Shown: positions 23,198 through 38,816, numbered from the whole stretch's first letter. The stretch: 57,586 bases of DNA, filler included, from Basidioascus undulatus (GCA_000826855.1; 4 parts of 4 records of this genome joined end to end with filler, not necessarily neighbours in it), one strand, 5' to 3'. Numbers and translations are program-made. The notes: generated by a model not told the origin, from the letters alone.

Positions 23198-25537
23198 TCA
23201 TGCCATCTTCCCCTCGTCACCCAGTCCGAGCATCTTCCTCAGCACCAACCCGATGGTCTTCCCGTCCGCCCTGCCTCCAGCACGTTTCATGACCTCCCCG
23301 ATGATGCGCTGCAGCACCTTGGGGTGGCCGGAACGCGCCTTCTCGGCCTCCTCAGGAAGAGCTTCGAGCGCCTGGGCGCAGAGCGGCTCGAGCGCTGAAG
23401 AAGGGAGCGGGCGGAGGTCGTGCGCATCCAGAACAGAAGGGATGGGAGTGGTTGGAGAGGTGATGAGATGGGTCAGGAGGGTTTTGGCTGAGGCGCCTGT
23501 GTACGAGAGACGGAACGATGAGCCTGATTGTGCGTGCTAGGTGAAGGCGCACGGCTTACCGATCACTTCCCCGGCATCCACAACGTCCAGGAACTCGCCC
23601 AAGCGCTCAGCAGTGACGGGGTTCTGCGACCAGGGAATCTCGCGCGAAGCCAGCTGGCCGAGAAGCTCGTGCAGGATCCTGCATGTCCATATGTCATCAG
23701 CATAGCTCCTTGAGAAGGGACGAGGCGCTCTTCAAATGAGACGTACCAGTTGATCGCCGTCTTCGGATTCCGACCCGCCGCGACACGCTCGAAGTACTCG
23801 ACGGCCGGCGTCCACTGACCCGCGGGCTCGTCCTCCCCCACGCCAAGCAGGACGTTCGCATCGCGCTTCGACAGTCCGTACTGCTCTATCAGCCGTGCAC
23901 GCGTCACGTCCGGAAGTTCCGGTAGCGATGCGCGGATCGCAGCGATGTCGTCCTGCTCCGCTCTGTCAGCTGGGTGGGTGAGAGAGCGGGCGGTCGAAAT
24001 GGAAGGACGAACAGGGTGCAGGATGAGCGGACGCAGGTTCGGGTCCGGCATAAACCTATAGTCCGGCGCGTCTTCCTTGCTTCGCAAGCGGTAGGTCGAG
24101 CCCGACCCGCGCCCCGCAGGAGGCTCGTATCCGCGCGTCTCTTGCTCGACCGTCTCGCCGCGTTTGAGCAGCTCGACATGGCGGGCCGCTTCGAAAGCTG
24201 CGTGAAACATGGGAAAGTCAGCGTTCGCGTTTAGACGATGTAAGATAGGTCAAAGAACGCACCGATAGCGCCGGACATCGACTTGAGGGAGTTAAGGTTC
24301 TTGACCTCAACGCGCGAAGAGCGGACGGAAGAGTCGAGGAGGGAGCGGACGTTGACGTTCACATCGCAGCGGAGGGAGCCCTATGAGGAGTGCAGGCCAT
24401 GATATAAGTACAGCGTGGGAGCAAGGAGTGGGAAGACGGACCTCCTCCATGTTCCCGTCGCCAGCGTCCACTTTGCGAAGAACGCTGCGGAGCTTCTTCA
24501 CAAACGCGACGGCCTCGAGGGGTGTTCTGGAGGCAAAGAAAGGGGACGCGTTCAGTCCCAAATCAAAAGAGTCTTGTTCGTTAGACGCACCGCATGTCAG
24601 GATCGGAGACGATCTCGACGAGCGCGGTCCCGGCGCGGTTGAGGTCGACCAGCGTCTCGGAGGAGGGCTGAGGGTACGACTTGCCCGTGTCCTGGAAGAG
24701 TCTCATAAACATCAACTCGGTGAATGTAAGGCGACAGTCTCATGAATGACCTGCTCGAGCTGTACCCGCTGGATGCCGACGTCCACCTCCCGCTCGACAC
24801 CCTCGTCCAAGGGCGACAGGCGTATCCGGCCGGACTTGGCCAAAGGAGCTGCCCCAGTGCTTCAGATCAGCATCGAAGGTGTCGCTCAGAGTGGTAGCAA
24901 AATCGGCGCACCATATTGCTGCGTGATCTGGTAGCCCGCGGGCAGGTCGCGGTAGAAGTAGTGCTTGCGGTCGAAGCTGCTGCGCGTCTGGACGTCGCAC
25001 TCGAGCGCCGTCGCCAGTCGCACGGCGAGAGCAAGAGGCTCTTTTGAAAGTGCCTGAAGATGGATTGCATTTGGATGAGCCTGGACGGAAGATTGAGAAT
25101 GGAAACGGGCAGTCGCACAGGAAGCGTGCCCGGAAAGGAGGCGTCGAAAGCGGATACGGCCGTGTTAGGCGGCGCATCCTTCGCGGTGCGAGTTGCTGGA
25201 CAAACTAAGCATCAGCATAATGTTTCGATGGATTCTTAATTAGTGTGTGTGAGCATGTACAAGAGAACAATTTGACGCTGGATTTGAGTTGAGCGTGGAT
25301 CTCGAGGCCGATGAGCGTCTCCCATTCGACCGGCGCCGCAGCGGGCGCTTTGGATTTGCCCTTCGACTTGAGACAAGGGATCGAAGAGTGATACGAGCGC
25401 GCCGTTATGAAGGTCGTAGGAGGTTGTCGGAGAGAAGGCCAGCCAGCCCGAGGGAGAAGCGCAGGCCGCAAAACGAGGAGTCGGCCAGCGGGTACCGCCT
25501 TTCCAGCTTGCTCTTGAAGCCTCAAAGAGTGGCGCAT
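23198..25537 (-). CDS. PET112: Mitochondrial glutamyl-tRNA(Gln) amidotransferase subunit B
   Basis: [61 protein letters not shown] and [18 protein letters not shown] motifs, with a basic presequence. Confidence 0.93.
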
Positions 25538-25721
25538 CTTGACTAGGGAAGTACGATCGAACGTTCGAAATGCTATGTCAGTCTTTTGCCGATGAAATGG
25601 TTCGTAAGTACGGACGCGAGCAGGGAGAAGACGATGGACTCGGGTCAAGAGCCGCGCTCGACTCGCACCGCGGCTTGTTTCCTCCCGACCATCATCATCT
25701 TGCCCCGCCAATTCGCTTACC

Positions 25722-26519
25722 ATGTCCGGAGGCTCGCAGATTCTTCCCCTTGGTACGTGACCATTATGATCCTCCGTGCACCGGTGTGCTGACGCGTCAG
25801 AGCTGCAATATCCACCTCAATTCTCCCCCCCTCCACCGCGATCTCCATCACGACCTCGACCGCATCGCATCCCTCCTACGCACGGCTGTCCTTGCGGGTT
25901 GCTCTTCATGCGCTTCTGATCCGTAGAGCTCATCGACCGCTGCATCGGCTCGCGGATATGGGTCGTCATGAAGTCTGAGCGCGAGTTCCTGGGCACGCTC
26001 ACCGGCTTCGACGACTACGTCAGTATGTCGCGTGTCTTTCATCTAAGCCCTGCAGCGCGCGCTTGCTGACAACCCTTCACTTCAGACATGGTCCTCGAGG
26101 ACGTGACGGAATTGTATGTCTGCGCTGCCGGCGGTGTGGCCGCGGAGAGGCGCGAGCTGATGCAGGGCCGACCTGTTGCAGCGAGGCGATCGCGCCGGGC
26201 CAGTGGAGGAAAACGCAGCTTTCCCAGACGCTGTTGAATGGGAACAACATTGCTATGGTGCGTGCGAGTTATCTCATTATGGTCATGAGGGGTTGGAAGG
26301 TGGAGACAACGCCCAGTCGCTCGCGCGCTGGGCTGGTCGATAGAAGGAGCCGGCTCGGGGACGCGTTGCGAACGCTGCAATTCCTACACGCTCCGAAGTT
26401 CGAGACTGTTTAGATGCATGTACAGGACCTCAGAATCGTCAGGCCGCCCATCTGGGAAGCTGACTTCACCGTCGGTTGCGCAGCTTGTGCCGGGTGGAAC
26501 GGGTCCAGAGTCCCCATAG
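25722..26519 (+). CDS. LSM5: U6 snRNA-associated Sm-like protein Lsm5
   Basis: Spliced: [50 protein letters not shown]...[14 protein letters not shown]. Confidence 0.93.
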
Positions 26520-27160
26520 GTTATATCCGAACAATCAAATGTGTATTTGTATTCTTGTGCGTCTGGGCTCGCAGGCACGACCACGACCAACGAAGTCATC
26601 GGAACGGAGCAGCACGGTTGGAGTTACCTGACCTTCCTTCCGTGATCAACCTCCGCATCGAGCCCACCGCCGAATCAAATATCGGGGCCCGACTCCTCTT
26701 TTCCCGTATTCCGCGTAGGTTCCCAGATGCCGGACGCAGCGCGATGCTCTGCTCACCCCGTGTCGTACGAGGGCGGGTCTTGAGCGGTACGAGGGTGATC
26801 TTGAGCGGTACCGTGCCGCACCGAGTCGCACGGCACACCTCGCCATTTGTGATCGGTTCTGCTCGTTTCTCGATCGCCTTCCTTATGCGCGGCGAAATGG
26901 GGCAGGTCTTTCGCTCAACGTTCTCCGGTAGACTAACAAACGGAGGTCCAGTGGGGCTGAGGACGTCGCGATGTCGGAAACACGTGTTTCAGCACGTTGC
27001 GGAAGTTCGTCCTCAGCGTATATAATCCACTGTGGTTCTCATGCAGCTAAGCTCCTCTCAAACTCCCTTTCGCTCACCGTTCAATTCGGGTCTTGGTCTT
27101 GGTCTTTCGCTCTCACTGACCTCTATCACTTTCGTACACCGCCCTCCGTTCACTCTCAGC

Positions 27161-28385
27161 ATGTCCCACGACCTCAGCAGCACCCTGCGCTCTGTGCGCT
27201 CCCGCAAGTCGCTTGCAACCCTCAAAGATCGCCGTGTGCGCGACACCACTACGTTATGGCTCACGGGCTTGGGGGGATTCGAGGTTGTCGATCTCGAGCG
27301 CCTGCCTCTCGGCGGGGCGGACATCACCGGCGCTCGTCTGCTGGGGACGTGGGCGTGGGACGGGCGGGCGGGGAAACTCATCGTTCCTGGTGCGTGTGAT
27401 CACTTACGCACAGTATTGAGGCTTACGCTGACCAGTTTCTTGCTCGACGTGAAATTAGGCGATGTCCCAGTCTACCACCACCCCTCCTTGCCCTTCAAAG
27501 TGCGGAGCCAAGTCCCAAACTACGAAGGGGATGGGGCGCCGCTCGTCCCCCAGCTCTCTTCCTCATCCAACTCGATGCCCCCGCCGGGTTCCTTCCCTCC
27601 CACGGCCTTCTCCCATTCCCCTTCCTCCCCTGACGTTCTTTCCCCTCTCCCCAACAGTCCCCGTCATAGCCCTCGAAACGCACGGCTCAAATGCTTTCCA
27701 CCTCTCCATGCTCCTCAACTCCTCCACCTCAACGATCCCCCTCTCCGAAGGCCTAACCGCCACCCGCCCCACGCCCACCTCTCCGCTCCTTGCGCACCTC
27801 CCGCGCATCACCTCCCGCGCGACCTCCCTCGGCGCGAGCGTACCCGCCGCGGGCGTCGTCCAGCTCGCGCTCGACCACCCGGGGGGCGTGACGTGCGTTA
27901 GCGTGCCGGATTGGATGGCCATGAAAGCTGGGGTGGGGTTCGCCGGTGCGTCTTGATCCCTTGCTGGCTCCATTCTTTCCTCCTTTTTCTCCTGTGCTTC
28001 CCTCACTCTTCGTGCCTGAAATGACGAACCTGACTCAACTCTGGCGTCGCGGACAGACACCCACAAGTTCCTCATTGAATTGGCCTGCTCTACCACCCTC
28101 GTCCCCGCCTTCTTCCCCGCGCTCTTCGACAAGCTCGTTCCCCCTTCCCCTGCCCCCTCTTCTCCACCCTCCTCCTCCGCGGTCTTCGTAGTCTGCGGCG
28201 GGTCCAAGATAACCCTCTCCGAGATGTCCGAGTACGCGTCGATCGCGTCGCAGGTGGAGCTCGGGAAGGAGGAGGCGGGGGAGGTGTGGGTTGGCGGGGA
28301 GCGCGTGAAGGTTGAATCGCTACCCCATCCCTCCCGATCCTGCTCAGACCACATTGCGCGCGTTCTGCGGGGGGAGCACGATTAG
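27161..28385 (+). CDS. Chimeric protein: unrecognised N-terminus fused to the C-terminal half of an L-serine/threonine dehydratase (fold-type II PLP enzyme, Cha1-like)
   Basis: Exons 27161-27389, 27459-27587, 27658-27945 and 28057-28385 splice in frame. VPVIALETHGSNAF, ITSRATSLGA, HKFLIELACSTTL and VFVVCGG are present, but no N-terminal SFKxRG PLP-lysine motif. Confidence 0.6.
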
Positions 28386-28751
28386 CGATGAGGAGATGGA
28401 GTGGTTCGCGGCGGCGGCCGTGGGCCGGATGGGAGAGCGGTGAAGGGGAGGGGTGTATTGGGAGAGCGGGTGCCGAGGGGCGGGTTTCGGACAGGAATGT
28501 GGAGGATAGATGGATGATGTATTTGGGTGATCCTCAAAGGTGCGCCGTCATGCCAACGCATTGTCTTCCTTCATCCTCAGGTCACACCGAGGCGCCTTCA
28601 TCATGTCACACCCAGTCGCTTTCGCTCTCGAAGACTGAAATGAACAGGCACTCCTCATCCCTTCTTCCCTTCGCTTTCGACCGTTGAGCTTCACTGTTGT
28701 CAATTGACCTGTCCATGCGCACAGGGGTCTTCGCTTCTGCACTCACTTTCA

Positions 28752-29486
28752 TTAATGCTCGAGACTACGTATTTGTTGTCGACGAAAATCTTCGATCGGC
28801 CTGATCGATCGCCCTCGGAGATGCCGCAGTCCACTCGATGTCGACAGACGCTTCGTGTTTCCTTGATCCTTCGAGGCGGGCTCCCGTTTTTCTGATACTT
28901 GGACACAACTGGTGAACATCGCCTCATCACGTGCTCTGGGTCTACCGCTTACACAGTCCGTTTCTTTGCGCTTGTTAAATGCCACATTGCCGTTTGTCTC
29001 CTGCATTAGTTCCACAGCTCACGATCTACTTCTTCCCACCGCATTTCGTGCAGTCGTCCCGGCACTTCGTAACCGCCTTCATGCCCGCTCCAAACCACTT
29101 CCTCCACAGCCTAACCATCTTCTGTTTGCTCATCTCCTTCTCCTTCTCCCTCTCCTCCCGAACGTCTTCCTCGCGCGCCTGCAAAATCTGCGTACTCGGG
29201 GCGGGCACGACGCTGAGCCTGCTCCCTCCCCTCGACCACGGGCCGTCCCCCATGTCCCTGATCTGCCTCACGCACACCGAGCCGCCCCAGTTCCCGTCGG
29301 GCGTGTGCTGTACCCTCCGCGGCGCTTCCGTCAACCACGGGCTGAGCTCGCGCCGCCTCGCAGAGGCTCTTATGCCTGTCCTTCCGTTCCCCACTCCCGT
29401 CTTTCACCTCACTCGGCTGCGGATCCTCGCTGATTAGTGCGCCCAGCCCCCCTGCCAACGATCTTCCGGACATCATGCAGATGATC
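28752..29486 (-). CDS. Possible 3' part of a hypothetical gene cut by the contig end
   Basis: Protein-like ORF segments (29026-29394, 28752-29015) with no recognisable motif. Confidence 0.2.
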
Positions 29487-29586
29487 NNNNNNNNNNNNNN
29501 NNNNNNNNNNNNNNNNNNNNNNNNNNNNNNTTAATTAATTAANNNNNNNNNNNNNNNNNNNNNNNNNNNNNNNNNNNNNNNNNNNN
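29487..29586. other. Artificial contig linker
   Basis: 44 N + TTAATTAATTAA (stops in all six frames) + 44 N. Confidence 0.97.
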
Positions 29587-29587
29587 C

Positions 29588-32500
29588 ATGTCTCTGAACG
29601 AGGCACTGTCCGCGTTCGAGTCCGACACCGCCGCCACCGCCGCCGCCGCCGCCGAGTCCGCCGCACCCGCACCCGCACCCGCATCAACCGATGGCTACGA
29701 CTCTGCCCCGCGGCGTCGGCCGTCGAAGCGGGAACCGAGTCCGGCGGCGAGCACGGGGAGCCAGACGCCCAGCCATGGCGGTCAGATAGCCACCGTGCGT
29801 CTCTGGAGAGGAGAGATAGAGGATCGCAGGGAGATGCTAATCGCGACCGGGTTGCCATGGGTGCGCAGGGGTTTGAGTGGGAGCTCCTCCACCAGCAGGG
29901 AAGCGAGCGCGACAGGAGCCGCTCGCGCTCCCGCCCGCCTGCGCCGCTTTCTGAGCTCTCAAACGTGTCGGAGGGTGCGGAGCAGGCAGCGGCATCCGCG
30001 GCTGCTGCCTCCCCACAGGCAACCACAGGACACGACCCAGACTCGCCCTCGGACCCTGTCGCGCCAACGACGACCACAACTACGCCCACCATGCCTCCGC
30101 CAGCGGACAAGGCCACCTCCGACTCGCCCGCGTCCACAGCAGACAACTCGGCCTCGACCCCCACGCGCAGCTCGCGATCGACACACCCGCGCCCGCTCAA
30201 CCTCCACAACAGTCCCGCGGCCCGCACGCTGCCCGCCAAAGCGATCCCGGCGCCCGAGCCAGTAAAGAACCTCGCTGACTCCAACCGCGCGAGCATCGAC
30301 GATATCCGCAAGGGCCGCGAGGCCGGTGCGTCCGCCGCCGCCCGGAGCGGCAGCGGGCGGAGCAGGATGCTCGGGCAGTACGTGCTCGGCAAGACGCTGG
30401 GCGCGGGGAGCATGGGCAAGGTCAAGCTCGGTGTGCATTGCGAGACGGGAGAGAAGGTGCGTCTTCGATACCCATTGGTGGACATGGTTCGGATAGCTGA
30501 TATGCGTTCGGCGAACACCAGGTCGCAGTCAAGATCATCCCCCGCTACACCTCCACCGCTGCCGCCCAAGCCCCTCCAACGCCCACATCTGCCTCCCATT
30601 CTGCACCTGCGCCTCCTACCGCATCCTTCCTCGCGCGTGCGCACGCCAAGGACGTCTCGAAGGAGATCCGAACCATCCGCGAGGCCGCCATCTGCCTTCT
30701 CCTCTACCACCCCTACGTCTCCGGCATGAAGGAGATGATGGTCTACCCACACCACTATTACATGCTCACCGAGTTTGTGAACGGCGGTGAGTCCGATCGC
30801 TCCCACGGAGGGGAGCATGGGGACGCGGAGGAAGGGGAGCGAGGAGTCTCATTGCGCGGGTGGGGTGCAAACAGGCCAAATGCTCGACTACATCATCTCC
30901 CATGGACGCTTGCGAGAACGCGCAGCGCGCAAGTTCGCAAGACAGATCGGGTCGGCGCTTGATTACTGCCACAAAAACTCCATAGTCCACCGCGGTGAGT
31001 CTGCTCCCTGTTCTGTTCCGTAGCCCTTCGAGCGCATGCAGAGTGCTTGCTGTCCGAGTATGGGCACGTTCGCTCATGCTTTACCCATTCGCATGAAACA
31101 CAGACCTCAAAATCGAGAACATCCTCATCTCCAAAACGGGCAACATCAAGATCATCGACTTTGGCTTGTCGAACCTGTGGTCCCCTCATTCTCACCTCTG
31201 TGCGTCTTGCACCCTTCATGTCCTGGTACAGACGTCCACGCTGACGCCCAACCCTCACTGTGCACATCCACTCTCCCCCAAAGCCACCTTCTGCGGCTCC
31301 CTCTACTTCGCCGCGCCCGAGCTGCTCAATGCTCGTGTGTATACTGGGCCGGAGGTTGACGTCTGGAGCTTTGGGATCGTGCTTTACGTGCTGGTCGCTG
31401 GCAAGGTGCGCCGGCGGAGCATGCGATATGGATCTTGGGAGCGGCGTGGGACTGAGGCAGATGGAGGATTGCAGGTCCCCTTCGACGACCAGTCCATGCC
31501 GGCGCTGCATGCCAAGATTAAGCGGGGACAGGTCGAGTACCCTGCGTGGTTGTCGGCTGGTACGTCTTCTCCATCTGAACTCCGTCCTTTTACTACAAGT
31601 GGCTTTACTTTCCATATCACGTTCCCTCAGAATGCAAGTCGATCCTGCAACGCATGCTCGTCACCAACCCTCTCGCGCGTGCCTCGCTCTCCGAAGTCCT
31701 CTCTCACCCCTGGATGACGAAGGGCTTCGAAGGCCCGCCCGAATCGCACCTCGCCTACCGCGAGCCGTTGCTCCCCTCGGCGCCGCTCGACCCGGACGTT
31801 ATCAAGGGCATGACTGGCTTCGAGTTCGGCACCCCCGAGGATATTGAGCGCAAACTGCGCGACGTCCTCGAGGGCCCTGCGTACCGCGAGGCGCTCTCGG
31901 AGTGGAGCCGGCAGCGCGGTGGGCGCGCGCCCGTCACGCCGAGCAGCTCCGCAGGCGATCTTGCAGGGAGCGAGCCGCCGTCGACGCCTCCGCCGAGCGC
32001 CGGTGCGAGCCCCGGCATCAAGAAGAGCGCGTCGAAGCGGTTCTCGGGCTTGGACTTTTACAGGAAGAAGATCGCGGGCAGCTCGATCGTCCATGCTCTC
32101 AGTGGGAGCCAGTCGCACAAGGATGGAACGGGCGGGGAGAGGTCGACGTCGAGCGGCGGGATCACGAATGGCCACACGCCGAGCGTGCCGCTCGAGGCGG
32201 CTAGACCGCCGCTGGATCCGACGCAGGGGTTCCACCCTCTGTGCGTGTTTCTCACTTCTTTGGGATGTAAGAGGAGGGCGTCAGGCTGATGAGGCATGGG
32301 TGGGGGATAGCATCTCGATCTACTACCTTGTCCGCGAGAAGATGGAGCGCGACAGGGTGTACGGGCCAGGGCAATTCGCGTCCTCGACCCTCTCGCTCTC
32401 TACACTCGCCTCGGCGCAACCTCCGCCCTCTGCACCCTCTGCCGCGGCCGCCGCAGCTCTGATGGCATCCACCACCTCCGCCCCTCCCCTCTCGAACACC

Positions 32501-34325
32501 ACCTCCCCGACCCCCGCCGCACGGCGCTCCGACCGCCCGCGCCCCCTCACAGTCGCAGACTACAACCCCAACGCGCCCCTCCCGTGTCTGCCTGTCGCCC
32601 CAGAGTCTACCCTACCCAGCCTCTCGAGCTTCGACCCCCGCGTGGGCGGCGTGCCCCGCCCGCGAACCGCTGGCGAGCCCCGTTTGAAGGCGAACGGGAT
32701 GGAGATCGAGAGCGCGCCGAGCACGCCACGCGCGGGGCAGGGCTTCGTCGATGCTCAGGGTCTGCTCAGAGCCCCGCCCCCCGTCAGCGGACACCGCAGG
32801 AGCCACTCGTTGAGCCAGAAGCCGAATGTGCAGACGGGTCCTATCAACATCCCGGTGCGTCGAGGATAATTTTAATGCTTGACGGTGGGCGAGCGCGATA
32901 TTGACCGGGGCTGGTGGGCCATAGCAGGAACCTCGAGTCCGCGCCAGCTTCAGCGAAGGTCGTTCGTCCATCCCCGCCTCTTCTTCCGCGCCTGCCCGTC
33001 AACCCGCCACGCGGGCCCCGGCCGTCTCGCCCATCGCCGAGCCCGCGGACCAGGACATCCCGATGTCGGACACGACGTCGACCTCTCACGGCGGCGGTCT
33101 CGCCCGCCGCTTCGGGAGCTTCCTCAACCGCCGGCCCAGCACCGGCTCCAAAGGTGCCGGGGCTGGACCGACCTCGAGCGTGTCGGAGAAGGCGTCGCTC
33201 CGGCAGCGCGCGAGCATCCTCACGCGCTCGCCGTCCAAGCGTTCTGCGCCGCTCGAGGACGCACCCGAGGTGGACACGAGCACGCCCGGCCACAAGCGCG
33301 CAAGCACGATGCTCGATCGCAAGCCGCTCGCGGCAGCAGGCGCAGGAGGGAGGCACCACGAGCGCCACGTCTCGGTCGGGGCTGGTGCGAACAGCGTCGG
33401 CCGCAGCGCGGGCGGGAGCCCGTGGCACCATCAGCAGAGGAGGCCGATGACAGGCGACTCGGCTGCTGCGGGAAGGTACGGCGCTGGGACAGCCGCGCCC
33501 CTCGCGGAGGGGGCGGGCGCAGGCGCCGCGGCAGAGAATGGCACGGGCGCGGGGGAGGACGAGCAGCTGTTTGCGGCGGACGAGCCAAAGGCGGTTTGGG
33601 GCCGCGGGCTTTTCAGGTGCATGCGAGAGAACGAACAGCGCGACCAAAAAGGGTGGTTTGGCTGACGATAGCTTGTACGGTCGGAACAGCGTCGCCACGA
33701 CCTCCACCAAGCCCGCCGCCATACTCCGGAGCGAGATTGACGCTGCGCTCACGCGGTTGGGCGTTGCGCACCGACCGATCAAGGGCGGCTACGAGTGTCT
33801 GCATCAGCCGTCGATCGAGCTCGGCCCCGACGCCGCCGCGCCGCCCGCGAAGGAGCCCAAGCGGAAGAAGAGCGGACTGTCGTTCGCGAGCACCGGCCGC
33901 AACAAGGACAAGGACAAGGACAGCGCGAGCGACATGGGCGATGCCGCCAGCTTCGTCACCGCCGCTGCGACGCAGGGCGGGCACGACGAGATCCGCCCCG
34001 TCACGCCCACGCCCCAGCAGCAGCAGGGCGAGAGCGCGGGCAAGCCCCTTCCGGATACGCCGGCTAGGATCGAGAGCGAGGTATCAGCGGGCGTGGGCGC
34101 TGTTCGGTTCGAGGTCAACGTCGTCAAGGTGCGTGTGCGGCCGCGGCAGTTGTCTTGCTTTCGGTACGGTTTGCACACTGGGGTGGGTTTCTGACGCGTA
34201 TGCGACTGGATGGACAGGTTCCTTGGCTGCTCGGCATCAACGGCATCCAGTTCCGGCGCATCGCGGGCAACAGCTGGAGCTACAAGGCCGTCGCGCAGCA
34301 GGTCCTCAACGAGCTCCGTCTCTGA
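29588..34325 (+). CDS. KIN1: Kin1/Par-1/MARK-family Ser/Thr kinase with C-terminal KA1 domain; the start sits at the contig edge and may be incomplete
   Basis: [103 protein letters not shown] and [25 protein letters not shown]. Confidence 0.93.
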
Positions 34326-35157
34326 CGCGCCTTCGTCGCTCTCCTTTTCCCTCCTCTCTTCTCAACTTTTTCGTCACTCATATCTCTGATCTCAACTGGT
34401 ACTGTTCGCCATACATCTTACACGATACCTCACTGTGACCGCTTCCCATCGGTCACAGCTACTCGTTCATCCCCCGCACGCTATACTGCTTCCTCGTTTA
34501 CCCTTTCTCTCGCCTTGTCGCCATCCTGTTCACCGCGCATACGCACCTTGTACTTCTGATCGCTCCCTCTTTTGCTTTTCACGCACACTTTACGACTCGC
34601 GCATTTGGTTTGTCCTTCTCAGGCTACTCTCCGTCGTCATCCCCCATCTCGACCTCATCTCGGGCAACTCGGGCGTCTTGCTCTGGTTTATAGGCTTGTT
34701 TCTTTTGTTTTCCTTTCACGAAGAACACGAGGTTGTTTGTTGGCCCTTCTTTTTCGACGGGACTTCGTTGGTTTGACTGCGTCCACACACTGCCGTGGAC
34801 CAACGGTGAGGAAGGCAACGCGGGGCTGCCAAGCGTCTACTCGCGGCCATCAGTGTTTGGGTTTTCTGAAGATATATCGGTTTCATTATTACTGCAACAA
34901 CTGGCCAAGTTTCACTTGCAGGAAAATTATGCGTGCAAGACGGGAGGTGTTGTCGCTCCCATGATGGGCGATGGCTCCCTCACATTCCTCATACTGCTGC
35001 CGCCATCCGCACCCCCTGCATCCGTCACGCATGCACTAAGCCATCCTACTCCCATACTTCCCTCCCTTTCAACCAACACATCTTTTGTTCTCCCCATCAC
35101 TCCCTCTGTACAACCACGATTTCGCCTTCACCATCGCTTCCCGATCACACTGCCATC

Positions 35158-36025
35158 ATGTCCCCTCTGTCCCTCGACATTATCGCTGCTATCGCAGAGT
35201 TCGTTTGCGTACCCATCGGATCCGCAGGCTTACGGGAGCTGCTACACCTCCGAAGCGCTGGCTACTCTTCATGTACTTTCGCTCGTCTTTCGCGACGTCC
35301 ATTCAATCGTCGCTCGGCACATCTACCGCTCGCTCTCTATCCAGAGCTATCGGCATCTACGGACTGTCCACCGCCATCGCCTCAAGTCTCTGGCGCTTTT
35401 TCATGTCTTCTTCGGGGGATTCATTCGGTGCAGGACATTCTTATCGATGTTCTGCTAGCTGCGCAGCCGACTCTGCGACGTCTCACACTTCATTGTTGGT
35501 TTGTCGGAGGACGTACTAACGGGCCGCCCACTCGCAGCTTCCTCTCGGCTTTGGGAAGCCTCAACTTGGAGGAGCTCGTACTGGTCTACAGAGACTATCG
35601 CGGGTGGGATGCCGACCGATGCCTGCTCGAGGGTAGCCGCCAAAGTTCGACGTTTGTGTATCGCGGGACACCGGTCGGACGAAGCCTTCTCAGCTGCTCT
35701 CAAAAGGTTCACGTCGCTCACTGGCATGGTCTTGATCCGAAGCGATCTCCGTCTGCTTGAAGTTATCCGCGAATTGCAATCGTTGGAAAGTCTTATTGTT
35801 TACTTGCCACGCACGGCGACTGAAGTGCAGCACGATTCAACGCCACACGTCCGACCCCCAAGGTTCGGAATAAAAGGCACTGCTAAGGTCTTTGTTGGAC
35901 ATCTTGGGCTATCAAGGCTCCGTGACCTCGATCAAAGCCGTCCAGTGGCTGCGCGGAAAGGTGATGGATGGCAGTCTGTGCGACACCCAGAGCTCGGGTC
36001 TAGTGGAACTGTACCACGAGGATGA
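35158..36025 (+). pseudogene. Frameshifted F-box/LRR-like gene relic
   Basis: MSPLSLDIIAAIAEFV start, then LSLV..ARHIYRSLSI and LxxLxL repeats (PTLRRLTL, LEELVL, SLESLIV) scattered over three frames without introns. Confidence 0.45.
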
Positions 36026-37018
36026 GAGGGATTGAGTTGAGGGCATAAAAGGGGTGGAAGCTTCGAGTGTTGCAGCAATTCAATCAATCCGGGAATCCTC
36101 ATGTGTGTTGTGTGTGAACTGTTGTGACTGCCAATACATCGCACTCAAACTCTGTGATTAAAGGCATGCATAATAACAACCTCGTTCATTACAGCTCCAA
36201 GTTCACGAATTCCAGCCCCAGTCCTTCCCTCTTTTTGCCCATTCTTGTTCCCAATCATCCCCCGCGCCCTCGTCCAGCCCCAGCTTCCACACGATCTCTC
36301 CCTTTCGACGAAGGTGGGATGATCGAAACGGTCGGCCCAGTATTGGGGGTGGAAGTCGACGACTCGGACGGGTTCGAAGTTGTGAGGAGACCGGAGAGAG
36401 GAGAAGCTCCATGATGGAAGATGGAAGTCTATGATCTTATGAGGCTCGTGGATGCGGTGAGAGAAGAGAGAACCGCAACGGCGACACCGCTGCCTATGTA
36501 TATGACGTTTTGTACGTATACATCTAGGAGTCATCTTACACTGTTTCGCTCTCGGAGCCGATATGAACGTTGAATAGGTAGTCAGGTGGTTTTACCGGTA
36601 GAATATTTGTTTAGCACCGCATAGCGTGCTGGAGGCAGTAGGGGACGAAAAGAAAGAAGTCGGTCGGACAGTCGCGTGCGTGCATGTCTGACTGTAGGAT
36701 GCTTTGCCTAATGTATTTCTTCGGTAGGCATCCAACCGCGCAAAATTCTAATCGATATGGTGGGTTAAGGTGAAAAAGATGGGATAAAGGGAGGAAAAAA
36801 GGGGGATAATGGGAGTGGGATAAAAGGAGTCTGCGCACGGCAGAAACGCGTCGCGTCTGCGCCGGCCCTGAAGACACGCGCGAGCCGTACGCGTGTTCAT
36901 GAATCCTGACACCCTCCTTCCTTCGCCCCCACCCACCACCTCCCCCACACCCCCTCATCTCATTCCCGTATTCCTACACCCCGATATTTCTCATTCTCCC
37001 CGACTGAAAACACACAAA

Positions 37019-38816
<1,798 letters not shown>

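Noticed and set aside
29531..29542. Palindromic TTAATTAATTAA as a piggyBac target or regulatory site
   Set aside because: It is embedded in N runs and identical at all three gaps, so it is a synthetic spacer.
29535..34438. Long antisense and alternative-frame ORFs over KIN1 (similar ones overlie EFR3 and RAD17)
   Set aside because: These are expected shadows of GC-rich codon usage and encode low-complexity Arg/Ala/Pro-rich translations.
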